From NCBI GenBank assembly GCA_031414535.1, contig JANNVQ010000005.1, positions 96,001-160,000 on the forward strand: a stretch of DNA of 64,000 nt, given 5' to 3'. This document shows, in pieces, positions 47,445-59,300 of the stretch. How positions within the stretch are numbered: position 1 is the stretch's first letter; each line of letters starts with the position of its first letter. A model generated the notes under the pieces. The model worked only from the letters and a program-made list of their open reading frames with translations. It was not told where the DNA came from and ran no database searches. Source of the stretch: Gemmatimonas sp. GTDB lineage: Bacteria > Gemmatimonadota > Gemmatimonadetes > Gemmatimonadales > Gemmatimonadaceae. A program made the translations under genes and the position numbers.

Positions 47445-49817
47445 CTGCGCGTCGTGGTGATCGGTGGCGGTCCCGGTGGTCTGTACGCGGCTCTCCTATT
47501 GAAGAGGCGCCATCCCGACGCTGTTATCTCCGTCCACGAGCGCAATCGCGCCAACGATACCTTCGGCTGGGGCGTGGTCCTGTCGGACCAAACGGTGGAC
47601 AACCTCCGCGCCGCTGACCCCGAAAGCGGACGTCGCATCGCCGACGCCCTGCACCGCTGGGACGACATCGCCATTCACTTCGAGGGCGAGACCATCCGCT
47701 CCGGCGGACACGGCTTCTCCGGTATCGGGCGCCAGCGGATGCTCAGCATCCTGCAGGAGCGTTGCGCTGAGCTCGGCGTCGCGCTGCAGTTCCAAAACGA
47801 ACTGCCGGATGATCTTGATGCGCTCGTTTCCGCCGAGCATCCCGATCTCATCATCGCGGCCGACGGACTGAACAGCCGCATTCGCGATCGCTACGCCAGC
47901 ACCTTCAAGCCGGACCTAGACACGCGCCGCTGCCGCTATGTGTGGCTCGGTACGCCGCGCACCTTCGACGCCTTCACCTTCGCCTTCAAAGAAACCCCGC
48001 AGGGCTGGTTCCAAGCCCACGCGTATCAGTTCGATGGCGAGATGAGCACCTTCATCGTGGAGACGCCGCAGGAGAACTGGGAGCGCGCAGGACTCGGCGA
48101 AATGTCCGCCCAAGACTCCATCGCCTTCTGCGAGCGGCTCTTCGCTGATCAGCTCCAAGGCGCGCCGCTCATCAGCAACGCCAAACACCTGCGCGGGTCG
48201 GCGCAGTGGATCCGCTTCCCGCGAGTAACCTGCGAGTCATGGATTCACTGGCTGGCAGATGGCTCTCGGCCCGTTCCCGTCGTCCTGCTTGGCGACGCGG
48301 CACACACAGCGCACTTCTCGATTGGTTCGGGCTCCAAGCTTGCCCTCGAAGACGCCATCGCACTCGATGCCATCCTCGCCGCGGAGCCGAATCGCGAGAA
48401 GGCGTTCGCTCGCTACCAGGCTGAACGCTCCGTAGAGGTACTGAAGCTCCAGAACGCCGCTCGCAACTCCACGGAATGGTTCGAGTCGGTGTCGCGCTAC
48501 GCCACGCTGGAGCCGGAGCAGTTTGCGTACTCCTTGCTCACCCGCTCGCAGCGCATCTCGCACGAGAACCTCCGCGTGCGCGACGCCGCATACGTGTCCG
48601 CGTTTGAACGCTGGTTCGCCGAGCGCAGTGGCATGCCACTGGAGAGCAAGAAGCCCGCCCCACCACCACTGCTCACGCCCTTCACTTTGCGTGGACTCAC
48701 GCTCAGGAACCGTGTGGTGGTCTCGCCGATGGCGCAGTACTCGGCCAACACCGATGGCTCCGTTGGCGATTGGCATCTCGTGCACTTGGGTGCACGCGCC
48801 ACGGGTGGTGCGGCATTGGTGATGGCGGAGATGACCTGCGTCGCAGCGGACGCGCGCATCACGCCGTGGTGCCCAGGTCTCTGGAACACGGAACAGCGTG
48901 ACGCGTGGGCACGTATCGTGCGATTCGTGCACGAGCACAGCGGCGCGAAGATTGGCATGCAGCTTGGCCACGCTGGCGCCAAAGGCTCGACCAAGAAGAT
49001 GTGGGAAGGCATTGATCAACCCCTGCCAGATGGTAACTGGCCGCTGATTGCGCCGAGCGAGGCGCAGTACTTGAAGGGCGTGTCACAGCGTGCTCGCGAG
49101 ATGACCCGCGCCGACATGGACCGTGTGCGCGAAGAGTTCGTGCAGGCCGCGCGCTTGAGCGCCGACGCCGGGTTTGACTGGTTAGAGTTGCACTGCGCGC
49201 ACGGCTACTTACTCTCCGCCTTCCTCTCGCCGCTGACTAACCATCGCCGTGACGAGAACGGCGGCTCGCTCGAAAACAGGGCGCGCTACCCGCTCGAGGT
49301 ATTCAAGGCGGTGCGACATGTGTGGCCCGCCCAAAAGCCAATGTCCGTGCGCATCTCCGCGCACGATTGGGTGCCAGGCGGCAACACCGGCGACGAAGCC
49401 GTGGCTATCGCCGTGCTGTTTAAGCAGGCCGGTGCAGATGTGATTGACGTGAGCGCCGGCCAAGTGGTGAAGGAAGAGCGCCCAGTGTTCGGCCGTATGT
49501 GGCAGACGCCACTCGCCGACCGTGTGCGCCAAGAGGCGGAGATTGCGACCATCGCCGTCGGTGCCATCACAGATGCAGATCAAGCCAATGGCATCATCGC
49601 CAGCGGACGCGCGGATCTCGTAGCCATTGGCCGTCCGCACTTGGTCAATCCTGGGTGGACGCTCACGGAGAGCTCCAAGTTTGGCTTTGCGGGCACTGAC
49701 GCCCTCTGGCCGCCGCAGTACAAAGCCGCCAAGCTCCAGTTGGACCGATTGATGGAACGCGAGCGCGCCACGCTGGCCGCCGCGTCGGCTGCACCACCTA
49801 CAGGAGAACTGACGTGA
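47445..49817 (+). CDS. abmA: Bifunctional 2-aminobenzoyl-CoA monooxygenase/reductase (salicylyl-CoA 5-hydroxylase family)
   Basis: IGGGPGG, DTFGWGVV, GDAAHTAHFSIGSG and SLLTRSQRISHENL, then an OYE-like domain (SPMAQYS, ELHCAHGYLL); probable CTG start. Confidence 0.9.
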   Translation: MRVVVIGGGPGGLYAALLLKRRHPDAVISVHERNRANDTFGWGVVLSDQTVDNLRAADPESGRRIADALHRWDDIAIHFEGETIRSGGHGFSGIGRQRMLSILQERCAELGVALQFQNELPDDLDALVSAEHPDLIIAADGLNSRIRDRYASTFKPDLDTRRCRYVWLGTPRTFDAFTFAFKETPQGWFQAHAYQFDGEMSTFIVETPQENWERAGLGEMSAQDSIAFCERLFADQLQGAPLISNAKHLRGSAQWIRFPRVTCESWIHWLADGSRPVPVVLLGDAAHTAHFSIGSGSKLALEDAIALDAILAAEPNREKAFARYQAERSVEVLKLQNAARNSTEWFESVSRYATLEPEQFAYSLLTRSQRISHENLRVRDAAYVSAFERWFAERSGMPLESKKPAPPPLLTPFTLRGLTLRNRVVVSPMAQYSANTDGSVGDWHLVHLGARATGGAALVMAEMTCVAADARITPWCPGLWNTEQRDAWARIVRFVHEHSGAKIGMQLGHAGAKGSTKKMWEGIDQPLPDGNWPLIAPSEAQYLKGVSQRAREMTRADMDRVREEFVQAARLSADAGFDWLELHCAHGYLLSAFLSPLTNHRRDENGGSLENRARYPLEVFKAVRHVWPAQKPMSVRISAHDWVPGGNTGDEAVAIAVLFKQAGADVIDVSAGQVVKEERPVFGRMWQTPLADRVRQEAEIATIAVGAITDADQANGIIASGRADLVAIGRPHLVNPGWTLTESSKFGFAGTDALWPPQYKAAKLQLDRLMERERATLAAASAAPPTGELT

Positions 49818-50575
49818 GCGCACTCGCTGGCCAGCACGCACTTGTCACTGGAGCCAACCGCGGCATTGGCGCCGCCATCGTGCGCGCGCTTGCCGCCGAG
49901 GGCGCCAACATCACGTTGATGGTGCGCGACCGTGCGGCCGCCGAGAAGGTGGCGGCGACCGTCAAGGTAAAGACGCACATCGTCACGGCCGATGTCAGCG
50001 ACCGCGCGGCTGTGCAGGCGGGTTGTGCATCTGCGGTGGCGGCGCTCGGCGCGGTAGACATCCTCGTCAACAATGCGGGCACCGTCGAGACGATTCCCTT
50101 CCTGAAGGTCGCACCCGAGGTGTTCACCGAGATGTACGCGGTGCACGTGATGGGTGCGGTGTACACCGCGCAGGCTTTGTTGCCCGCGATGGTGCAACGC
50201 GGCCACGGACGCGTAATCAACGTGGCGAGCGTTGCGGGGCTCCACGGCGCTCCGTACGTGGCGCACTATGTGGCCGCGAAGCACGCACTCGTCGGACTCA
50301 CGCGTGCACTGGCGACCGAGTTTGTATCCAAGGGCATCACTGTCAACGCCGTGTGTCCGGGTTACGTGGATACGGATCTCGTCAGCGGCTCGCTCGTGCG
50401 CATCGCCGCCAAGACCGGACTCAGCGAAGCCGACGCCATGCAAGCGATTTTGAAGGACGCCGGCCAGCCCCGCATCGTACGGCCAGAAGAGGTGGCCAAC
50501 GCGGTGCTGCACTTCTGCAGCGGCTCCGGAGCCAAGGCCAACGGCGAGACGTTCGTCTTGATGGGCCAAGACTGA
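49814..50575 (+). CDS. SDR-family oxidoreductase
   Basis: TGANRGIG, NNAG, YVAAK and CPGYVDT. Confidence 0.9.
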   Translation: MSALAGQHALVTGANRGIGAAIVRALAAEGANITLMVRDRAAAEKVAATVKVKTHIVTADVSDRAAVQAGCASAVAALGAVDILVNNAGTVETIPFLKVAPEVFTEMYAVHVMGAVYTAQALLPAMVQRGHGRVINVASVAGLHGAPYVAHYVAAKHALVGLTRALATEFVSKGITVNAVCPGYVDTDLVSGSLVRIAAKTGLSEADAMQAILKDAGQPRIVRPEEVANAVLHFCSGSGAKANGETFVLMGQD

Positions 50576-51072
50576 TGGGCATTGCCTCCGTGCGACTCCC
50601 CGACACTGAGGCGAATCTCGCGCAGGATGAGCACGAGGGCCTGCGTCTCTGGCTGCGTCTCTTCACCACCACCTCGATGGTCGAGCGCATGGTGGATTCG
50701 GCGCTCAAGCGAGACTTCGGGTCTTCGCTCCCGCGCTTTGACTTGCTCGCGCAACTGCATCGCGCGAGTGACGGACTGCGTATGGGAGAACTTTCCGAGC
50801 GGATTCTCGTCACGAATGGCAGCGTGACCTGGCTGGTGACCGCCCTTGAGCGCGAGGGCTATGTCAAACGCAAGGCGGCAGCTGATGATCGTCGCGCGAC
50901 CGTGGTGCGCCTCACGGCCGCCGGTCGCCGCCACTTCGAGACGATGGCCCGCGCACACGAAGCGCTCATCGTCTCGCTGTTCCAAGACCTCAGCGCCGAG
51001 GAACGCCGCGAACTCCACAGCGCACTCGGCGTCGTTAAAGACCGCTTTCGCCCCATCAAGGACGAGCAATGA
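50575..51072 (+). CDS. MarR-family transcriptional regulator
   Basis: [22 protein letters not shown] and DRR...LT. Confidence 0.9.
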   Translation: MGIASVRLPDTEANLAQDEHEGLRLWLRLFTTTSMVERMVDSALKRDFGSSLPRFDLLAQLHRASDGLRMGELSERILVTNGSVTWLVTALEREGYVKRKAAADDRRATVVRLTAAGRRHFETMARAHEALIVSLFQDLSAEERRELHSALGVVKDRFRPIKDEQ

Positions 51073-51872
51073 TTGCCCCCAAGCATTTCCTCTGGTCCGC
51101 GAGCGCCGACGGCCGGGTAGGCACCATCACACTCAACAGGCCTGAGCGCAAAAACCCGCTCACCTTCGAGTCGTACGCTGAGTTGCGGGATCTCTTCTTG
51201 AGCTTTCAGCACAACAAGGACCTGCGCGCAGTCGTACTCATCGGCAGCGGTGGCAACTTCTGTTCCGGCGGTGATGTGTTCGAGATTATCGAGCCGCTGA
51301 CGAAACTGAGTGAGTCGGAACGGCTCGACTTCACGCGCATGACTGGCAGCCTCGTGCTCGCGATGCTTCGGGCACCACAGCCGATTGTCGCGGCGGTAGA
51401 TGGTGTTGCCGCAGGTGCGGGCGCCATCCTCGCAATGGCCAGCGATATCCGTATCAGTACACCGCGCAGCAAGACCGCCTTTCTGTTCACGCGAGTCGGG
51501 CTCGCAGGCTGCGACATGGGAGCCTGCGCCATCCTGCCGCGCATCATCGGCCAAGGACGTGCGGCCGAATTGTTGTACTCGGGTCGCTCGATGAGTGCGG
51601 ACGAGGCGGAGCGCTGGGGCTTCTATACCTCGCTCGTCGAGCCCGATGCCCTGCTCGCTGAGGCACAGAAGCGGGCTGCGATGCTCGCCAACGGTCCGAC
51701 CTTTGCGCACGCGATGACCAAGCGCATGCTGCTGGAGGAGTGGAGCGTTCCCCTCGATCACGCCTTGGAGATGGAAGCGCAGGCGCAAGCTGTCTGCATG
51801 GGTACGAGAGACTTCCGGCGCGCCTTCGATGCATTCGCGGCGAAGCAGACGCCGGTCTTCGAGGGGAACTGA
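51069..51872 (+). CDS. Enoyl-CoA hydratase family protein
   Basis: [22 protein letters not shown] and AGAGA. Confidence 0.9.
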   Translation: MIAPKHFLWSASADGRVGTITLNRPERKNPLTFESYAELRDLFLSFQHNKDLRAVVLIGSGGNFCSGGDVFEIIEPLTKLSESERLDFTRMTGSLVLAMLRAPQPIVAAVDGVAAGAGAILAMASDIRISTPRSKTAFLFTRVGLAGCDMGACAILPRIIGQGRAAELLYSGRSMSADEAERWGFYTSLVEPDALLAEAQKRAAMLANGPTFAHAMTKRMLLEEWSVPLDHALEMEAQAQAVCMGTRDFRRAFDAFAAKQTPVFEGN

Positions 51873-51873
51873 C

Positions 51874-53037
51874 GTGAGCTCACATCTGAGTTGGCCCTTT
51901 TTCACCGAGCAGCACCGCGGCCTTGCGGGTGAAGTCTCGCGCTGGGCAGCAAGCCAGCACGTAGATCACGCCGACGCCGATGCGGCCTGCCGTAGCTGGG
52001 TGAAGCTGCTCGGCGGCGCGGGATTCCTGCGCTACTGCGTTCCGGCGGCGCATGGCGGCGCGCTGACGACACTCGATTCGCGCGCGCTGTGCATCTTGCG
52101 GGAGAACCTCGCGGAACACGATGCGCTCGCAGATTTTGCATTCGCCATGCAGGGCTTGGGCTCCGGCGCCATCACGCTTGCTGGCTCCGAGGCGATGAAG
52201 GCCACCTGGCTACCAAGAGTCGCACGTGGCCAAGCGATTGCGGCCTTCGCGCTGACTGAGCCAAATGCGGGGTCCGACGTCGCCGCGATGGCGACCACCG
52301 CGACGCCGACCAAGAAAGGCTGGCGGCTCGACGGCAGCAAGACGTGGATCTCCAACGGCGGAATCGCCGACTTCTACTGCGTGTTTGCCCGTAGCAAGGC
52401 TGAGAGCACCGGCGCCAAGGGCATCACCGCCTTTCTCGTCCCGGCCGACACCAGGGGGCTGAAAATCGCCGAGCGGATTGAGACAATCTCGCCGCATCCA
52501 CTCGCGACACTTGTGTTTGACGACTGCGAGATTTCTGATGCGAATCGCATCGGCGCCGAAGGTGATGGCTTCAAGATCGCGATGCGCACGTTGGACATTT
52601 TCCGCGTATCCGTAGCCGCGGCGGCTGTGGGGTTTGCGCGGCGGGCGCTGCGCGAGACCATCGCCCGTGCCAATGAGCGCGCGATGTTTGGCAGCACGCT
52701 GGCCGCGCAGCCGCTCGCGCAGGCTATCATCGGTGACATGGCCACGGACCTTGATGCAGCCGCTTTATTGACGTATCGCGCCGCTTGGCAACGCGACACC
52801 AGCGAGGCGCGCACAACGGCTGTAGCTGCGATGGCAAAGCTTGCGGCCACGGAGCACGCCCAGACAATCATCGATCGCGCCGTGCAGTTGCACGGTGGTC
52901 TAGGTGTGCGGACTGGGCACATTGTCGAACGTCTGTATCGCGACATCCGCTCTCTGCGCATCTATGAAGGAGCCACTGAAGTGCAGCGACTGATCATCGG
53001 ACGCGAGACGCTGCAGTCATCCCCTTCCGCCAAGTAA
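51874..53037 (+). CDS. Acyl-CoA dehydrogenase
   Basis: [26 protein letters not shown] and IYEGATEVQ. Confidence 0.92.
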   Translation: MSSHLSWPFFTEQHRGLAGEVSRWAASQHVDHADADAACRSWVKLLGGAGFLRYCVPAAHGGALTTLDSRALCILRENLAEHDALADFAFAMQGLGSGAITLAGSEAMKATWLPRVARGQAIAAFALTEPNAGSDVAAMATTATPTKKGWRLDGSKTWISNGGIADFYCVFARSKAESTGAKGITAFLVPADTRGLKIAERIETISPHPLATLVFDDCEISDANRIGAEGDGFKIAMRTLDIFRVSVAAAAVGFARRALRETIARANERAMFGSTLAAQPLAQAIIGDMATDLDAAALLTYRAAWQRDTSEARTTAVAAMAKLAATEHAQTIIDRAVQLHGGLGVRTGHIVERLYRDIRSLRIYEGATEVQRLIIGRETLQSSPSAK

Positions 53038-53048
53038 GGACTCTCGCG

Positions 53049-54710
53049 ATGCCCACGGCTGCGCCGAAAGACCTCGCACCGAGCGCACATCTCGACCACT
53101 GGCCGCGGCAACAGCTTCCCCCAGTGGATGAGTGGCCGGTGCTGCGACTGGAGGGCGTGTACCAGTACTCGCCGCAGCTGAATGCTGCAGTGGAGTTGCT
53201 CGATAAGGCGCTCAGCGAAGGGCACGCGAACCACACGGCGCTCATCACCCCAGATGGGAACGGGGGATGGGCGCACACGAGCTACGCGGAGTTGGCGGTA
53301 GCGGTGGACGCACTGGCCCACGTGCTGGTCAGCGACATGGGCCTCGAACCCGGCAATCGCTTGCTGCTGCGCGGCTACAATGGTCGCTGGATGGCGATTG
53401 CGTGGCTCGCTGCTGTGAAAGCCGGACTCGTGGTCGTGACGACGATGCCGCTCCTGCGCACCAAGGAGTTGCGCGTCATCCTCGAGCGCGCCAATTGCCA
53501 AGCGGCACTCTGCGACATTCGCTTGGCCGACGAATTGCGCGCGGCGTCTGAAGCACCGACCAGCCTACAGGCGATGCGGCTCTGGGGCGGCGATGATGCC
53601 GATGGCCTCGAGGCGCTGATGGCGAAGCCGCGCGGCCCATTCCGCGCGATTGAGACGAGCCGAGACGACGTCTGCCTGATTGCCTTCACCTCCGGCACCA
53701 CGGGCGTACCCAAAGGGTGCATGCACTTCCATCGCGACGTGATGGCGATGTGCGATGGCTTCGCCAAGCAGGTTCTGAACGTGACGCCGACTGATCGCTG
53801 CATTGGTACGCCACCCTTGGCGTTCACGTTTGGACTCGGCGGCCTCCTCTGCTTCCCGCTGGCCGCTCGCGCCACCGCAGTGCTCGTGGAAAAGGCGACG
53901 CCCGAGTCGCTACTCGATTCTTTAGAGCAAACACAGGCGACGGTGAGCTTCACTGCACCTACGTTTTACCGCGCGATGTCTTTGGCCATCCAGAAGGAGC
54001 CGCAGCGATGGCGTACGAGTTCGCTTCGCGCGTCCGTGTCTGCCGGAGAGGCCTTGCCCGATGCCACACGCACGCTCTGGCGCGAAGCCACTGGCGTGGA
54101 GATGCTCGATGGCATCGGCGCTACCGAGATGATTCACATCTTCATCGCGGCGGCGGGCAAAGACGTGAGGCATGGCGCGATTGGAAGAGCGGTGCCTGGC
54201 TATGAGATTGCCATTCTCGATGACGCACTCGAGCCCCTGCCGACCGGAAGCGTTGGCCGCTTAGCAGTCCGCGGTCCCACTGGCTGCCGTTATTTGAACG
54301 ACCCGCGCCAGCGCGACTATGTGCGCGGTGGCTGGAACCTTACCGGCGATGCGGCGATGATGGATACCGACGGCTACGTGTTCTTCAAGGCCCGCACGGA
54401 TGATCTCATTATTTCGTCCGGCCACAACATCGGTGCGCCGGAAGTCGAGGCCGCCGTGCTCCAACACGAGAGCGTCGCGGAATGTGCCGTGGTGGGCGTG
54501 CCGGATGAAGAGCGTGGCCACGCCGTGAAGGCCTTCGTGGTGCTCAAAGCTGAATACACCGCGAGCACCGAGCTCGTGAAGACGCTGCAGGACTTCGTAA
54601 AGGCTACCATTGCGCCGTACAAGTACCCGCGCCACGTCGAGTTTGTGGCCGCACTTCCTAAAACAGACACGGGCAAGCTTCAGCGCTTTCGTCTCAAGGA
54701 GATCCAGTGA
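53049..54710 (+). CDS. abmG: 2-aminobenzoate/benzoate-CoA ligase family
   Basis: FTSGTTGVPKG, PPLAFTFGLGG, DGIGATEMIHIF and LPKTDTGK; abm cluster context. Confidence 0.8.
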   Translation: MPTAAPKDLAPSAHLDHWPRQQLPPVDEWPVLRLEGVYQYSPQLNAAVELLDKALSEGHANHTALITPDGNGGWAHTSYAELAVAVDALAHVLVSDMGLEPGNRLLLRGYNGRWMAIAWLAAVKAGLVVVTTMPLLRTKELRVILERANCQAALCDIRLADELRAASEAPTSLQAMRLWGGDDADGLEALMAKPRGPFRAIETSRDDVCLIAFTSGTTGVPKGCMHFHRDVMAMCDGFAKQVLNVTPTDRCIGTPPLAFTFGLGGLLCFPLAARATAVLVEKATPESLLDSLEQTQATVSFTAPTFYRAMSLAIQKEPQRWRTSSLRASVSAGEALPDATRTLWREATGVEMLDGIGATEMIHIFIAAAGKDVRHGAIGRAVPGYEIAILDDALEPLPTGSVGRLAVRGPTGCRYLNDPRQRDYVRGGWNLTGDAAMMDTDGYVFFKARTDDLIISSGHNIGAPEVEAAVLQHESVAECAVVGVPDEERGHAVKAFVVLKAEYTASTELVKTLQDFVKATIAPYKYPRHVEFVAALPKTDTGKLQRFRLKEIQ

Positions 54711-55105
54711 GTCAGCACACCCTGCAGCCTGATGGTTGGGCGCGCCCTAGAGGCTACGCCAACGGCGTCTCGGCGCGCGGCCGCACCATCTTCGTCGCTG
54801 GACAGATTGGCTGGGACGCACAGCAACAACTCGTGTCCGGCGATTTGGTCGCGCAGGCGCGGCAGGCACTCGCCAACATTGTGGCGGTGCTGGCCGTTGA
54901 TGGTGCAAAGCCCGAGCACATCGTGCGCCTGACGTGGTATGTCACCAGTCGTACCGACTACCTTGCGGTAGCGGAGCCACTGGGTGCCGCATATCGGGAG
55001 ATGATTGGACGACACTTTCCCGCGATGACGGCTGTTGAAGTGTCGGCGTTGATGGAGCCTGGCGCCGTCGTTGAGATTGAAGCCACTGCCGTTATCCCTG
55101 ACTAA
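54707..55105 (+). CDS. RidA family protein (abm-cluster type)
   Basis: PRGYANG, AGQIGWD, FPAMT and VEIEATA. Confidence 0.88.
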   Translation: MSQHTLQPDGWARPRGYANGVSARGRTIFVAGQIGWDAQQQLVSGDLVAQARQALANIVAVLAVDGAKPEHIVRLTWYVTSRTDYLAVAEPLGAAYREMIGRHFPAMTAVEVSALMEPGAVVEIEATAVIPD

Positions 55106-55111
55106 CACACG

Positions 55112-56251
55112 ATGACTCACGCAGAAATCACCGGCTGGGGCAAGTGCATGCCCCCCGCAACGCTGAAGAATGACGACCTCGCGACCTTCCTCGACACCAA
55201 CGATGAGTGGATCATCTCGCGTACGGGAATGAAGGAGCGTCGCATCTCGCATGTGTCGGCGGTGGAGCTGAGCACGATCGCCGCATCGCGCGCGCTGGCC
55301 TGCGCCGGGCTCGAGGCCAAGGACGTGGACCTCATCATCTACGGCGGCGTCAGCAACGAGGAGCTGTGTCCTAACTCGGCGTCTGGCGTGCAACTCGCGC
55401 TTGGCGCCACCAAAGCGGCGAGCATTGACATCAACACCGCCTGCACGAGCTTCTGCTACGGCTTGGCCACTGCGACCGCGATGATTCGTACCGGCATCGT
55501 GAAAAACGCCGTGGTGATTGGCGTGGAGCTCATCTCGCGCTACATGGATTGGAGCAATCGTAATGTGGCCGTGCTTTTCGGGGATGGCGCCGCCGCCGTG
55601 GTGCTGCAAGCGAGCGAGAACGAAGTGGGCATGGTGGAAGCCGTGCTCGGCTGCGACGCCGAGGCGCGCGATTCGTTGCGCGTGCGCGGCTTCGGCTGCG
55701 GATACTCGGGCCTCGGCATCACCTTCGGCGACACGCTGTGGGATTTTGATGGTCAGGTCATCTTCAAGCGCGCCGTTCACGGCATGGCCGACGCGTCCAA
55801 GCGGGTCATGGAATCGCGGCAGCTCAGTGCGGACGACATCTCGCTGGTGGTGCCGCACCAAGCCAATCTCCGCATCATCGAGTCGGTGGCCAAGTATGCC
55901 GGCATCCCGATGGAGAAGGTGATGCTGACCGTGCAGAAGTACGGCAACATGAGCGCGGCCACTGTGCCGGTGGCGTTGGTAGAGGCATTAGAGGAAGGGC
56001 GGGTCAAGCCGCACAGTTGGTTGCTGATGCCTGCCTTCGGTGGCGGACTTACCTACTGCGCCCTGCTGGTGAGGTGGGGCGCCCGTGTTACACCCCTAGG
56101 CCAGAGCGCGATGGAGCTGCCGCCGTTGACGGAGACGGCTCTGGAACTCGTGAACCGAGTGCGTTCTGGACAGGATCCGCACGGTCGTTCGAAGGCGGGA
56201 TTAATGGCCCCGGCCTTTGCGAAACCCGCTCAGGTACCAGCAGGGGTTTAG
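55112..56251 (+). CDS. Ketoacyl-ACP synthase III (FabH paralogue) with C-terminal extension
   Basis: TACTSF (Cys), FGDGA, PHQAN (His) and YGNMSAA (Asn). Confidence 0.88.
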   Translation: MTHAEITGWGKCMPPATLKNDDLATFLDTNDEWIISRTGMKERRISHVSAVELSTIAASRALACAGLEAKDVDLIIYGGVSNEELCPNSASGVQLALGATKAASIDINTACTSFCYGLATATAMIRTGIVKNAVVIGVELISRYMDWSNRNVAVLFGDGAAAVVLQASENEVGMVEAVLGCDAEARDSLRVRGFGCGYSGLGITFGDTLWDFDGQVIFKRAVHGMADASKRVMESRQLSADDISLVVPHQANLRIIESVAKYAGIPMEKVMLTVQKYGNMSAATVPVALVEALEEGRVKPHSWLLMPAFGGGLTYCALLVRWGARVTPLGQSAMELPPLTETALELVNRVRSGQDPHGRSKAGLMAPAFAKPAQVPAGV

Positions 56252-56316
56252 CGTCTATCGGGGATGGTCGCGCGGCGGTACATTCGCGCCGTGCGGCCAT
56301 CCTACTCGAGAGGCAC

Positions 56317-59300
56317 GTGGCGACCAAGAAGCGCGGTACCAAACGCAGTACCAAACGTAGTACGAAGCCGGCAGTGAATACCGCGAAGAGACGCGTAAAG
56401 AAACCCGTTGCGAAGAAGGTCGCGAAAAAGATTGCGAAGAAGGTCGCGAAAAAGGTCGCGAAAAAACTCGCAAAGAAAGCCACGAAGAAGGCGACCAAGC
56501 GCGTTGCGAAGACGCCGATTTCCAAGGCCGCCAAGCCACGCCTCAGAATTGACGACGCCACGGCCCGACGCCAGTCCGCGCTCCTGCGCCTGAGTTCCGC
56601 TATCGCCGCCGCGACTTCCGAACAAGAAATCTGCCAGAACGTCGTCAACGGCCTGCGCGACGAGGCCCTGGGCTACAACTTCCTCGGCGTCTTCCTCATT
56701 GAGCCCGTCACCGGCGATCGCGTGCTCGTCGCTTCGGTTGGCTGGACTACCGCGCCCAAGGGCTTCCGGCTCGAAAAGGGGCACGGCATCACCGAGCGTG
56801 CCGTCCTCGAGAAGCGCCTGCACTACACCGCCGAAGTCCGCGGCGAGTCTGCCTACGAGCCCACGCTGAATAGCGGCAGCGAAGTAGATGTACCGCTCGT
56901 GATTGACCACGAAGTCATCGGTGTGTTGGCCGTAGAGAGCACGGAGCCCAACGCCTTTGACGCCAGCGACTTTGAAATTCTCACGGCAGCCGCCAATCAG
57001 GCCAGCATCGCCATTGCCCGCGCCCGCTTGCTCGTGGCCCAGCAGCAACGCGCCGACGAACACGAGGCCGTCTTGGCCTCAATGGCGGATTTGCTCACGC
57101 AGCGCGAGTTGCCGCAGACCTTGAAGGCCACGTTGCAGCGCGCCGTCTCACTGCTCGGTGTGACCGGTGGAGAGCTCGCCATCTACGACTCCAAGACGCA
57201 GGAGTTGGTGGTGGCCGCGAGCCACCACGTTGGCATGGAAACCACGGGCATTCGCCTCAAGCTTGGCGAAGGTGCCATGGGCCTCTCCGCGCAGTCACGC
57301 GAACCGCTCATCATCCCGGACTATCACGCGTGGATTGGGAAGTCCGGCAAATACTCTGACGTCCCTGTGCGCTCGGTGGTCGCCGCTCCGCTCTTGATTG
57401 ACAATCGCTTGGTGGGCGCGATTGCCATCGTGGATGCCAACGAGAACCGTAACTTCGGCGCCGACGACCTTCGCCTGCTCAATCTCTTCACGCCACAGGC
57501 GGCTATCGCCATCGAAGGCGCACGCCTCTACGAGGAAGCCGCCCGCCAACGCGAGTTCTTTCGCTCGTTGCTCAACAACTCTCCCGTCGCCATCGTTCAG
57601 CTGGATCCCGACTACAACGTGGCGTCCTGCAATCCCGCATTTGAACTGCTCTTCGGCTATTCCGAAGCTGAGGCGCGCGGGCGCAATCTCGACGAACTGA
57701 TCACGGATAACTCCACGCTCGGCGAAGCCGCGCAGTACAGCCGCGACGCCGTGGACCGCGCCGTCAAAGGCATCGGACGGCGACGCCGCAAAGACGGCAG
57801 CACGGTGGAGGTCGAGATCCTCGGCGTCCCCGTCATCGCCGACGAATCCCGCGTCGCGCTGATGGGCATGTACCACGACATCAGCGAACTCTCCGAGGCC
57901 CGCCGCGACGCCGAGGGCGCCAACCGCGCCAAGAGCCAGTTCCTCGCGAACATGAGCCATGAGCTCCGCACGCCGCTCAATGCCATCATCGGGTACAGCG
58001 AGATGTTGCAGGAGGAGGCGCAGGATGCCGGACTCGATTCCTTCGTCTCCGACCTCGCCAAGATTCACACCGCTGGCAAACACCTGCTCGCGCTCATCAA
58101 TGACGTGCTAGATCTCTCTAAGATCGAAGCCGGCAAGATGGACCTCGTGCTTGAGACCTTCGACGTCGCCTCGATGCTCAGCGAGGTCACGACAACCATC
58201 AGCCCGATGGTGGCCAAGAACCACAACATGTTGAACGTGATGCGCGACGCCGACCTCGGCATCATGCACGCGGACCTCGTGAAGGTGCGGCAGATGCTGC
58301 TCAACCTGCTCTCCAACGCTTGTAAGTTCACCGAGAACGGCAAGATCACGGTGGAAGTGCATCGGAGCGCTGAGCAAATCACCTTTGCCGTGCGCGATTC
58401 CGGCATCGGCATGACGCCGGAGCAGATGGGGCGTTTGTTTGAGTCGTTCAGCCAAGCCGAGTCGTCTACCTCGCGTCGGTACGGCGGCACTGGCCTTGGC
58501 CTCGCGCTCACACGACGCTTCGGCGAGATGATGGGCGGCACGGTGACCGTGGAGAGCCAGCCGGGCGCGGGCTCCACTTTCACGATGCGCCTGCCCACCC
58601 GCATCGAACCCGCGCGCCGCGTCACCACGACGCTGCGCGCCGCGGACATTCCCGAGCTGCAAGGTGATGGCAGTGCGGGCACCGTCCTCATCATTGATGA
58701 TGACGAGGACGCGCGCCGGCTCCTGCGCACCGTGCTCGTGGCCGACGGCTTCCACATCCTCGAGGCCACCGATGGTCCCAGCGGGCTCGCCGCGGCAATG
58801 GAGCACAGTCCCGACGCCATCACGCTCGACATCCTCATGCCTGGCATGGACGGCTGGGAAGTGCTGCAGCGCATCCGCGCCAACGACACGCTCGCCGACA
58901 TACCGGTCATCATGCTCTCGGTGCTACACGAACAGCAGATGGCCTTCGCACTCGGCGCCACAGAGTACGTCACCAAGCCGATTGACCGCAGCCAACTCAA
59001 GCGCATCCTCCGCCGGCATCGCGACGACGGCAGCGGCGCCACCGTGCTCGTGGTGGAAGACGACCCCAGCGTGCGCGAGACCTTCCGCCGCGGATTGGAG
59101 CGTGAAGGCTGGGTGGTGGTGGAAGCGGAGAACGGGCACGTGGCGCTCGAGAAAATGGCCACCGTGACACCGGCCCTCATTTTGTTGGATCTCATCATGC
59201 CGGTGATGGACGGCGCCGCTTTCGTCTCAGCCCTTCGGCAAGTGGAGGCCTGGCGCCAAATTCCCGTAGTCGTCGTGACGGCCAAGGATCTCACGCGCGA

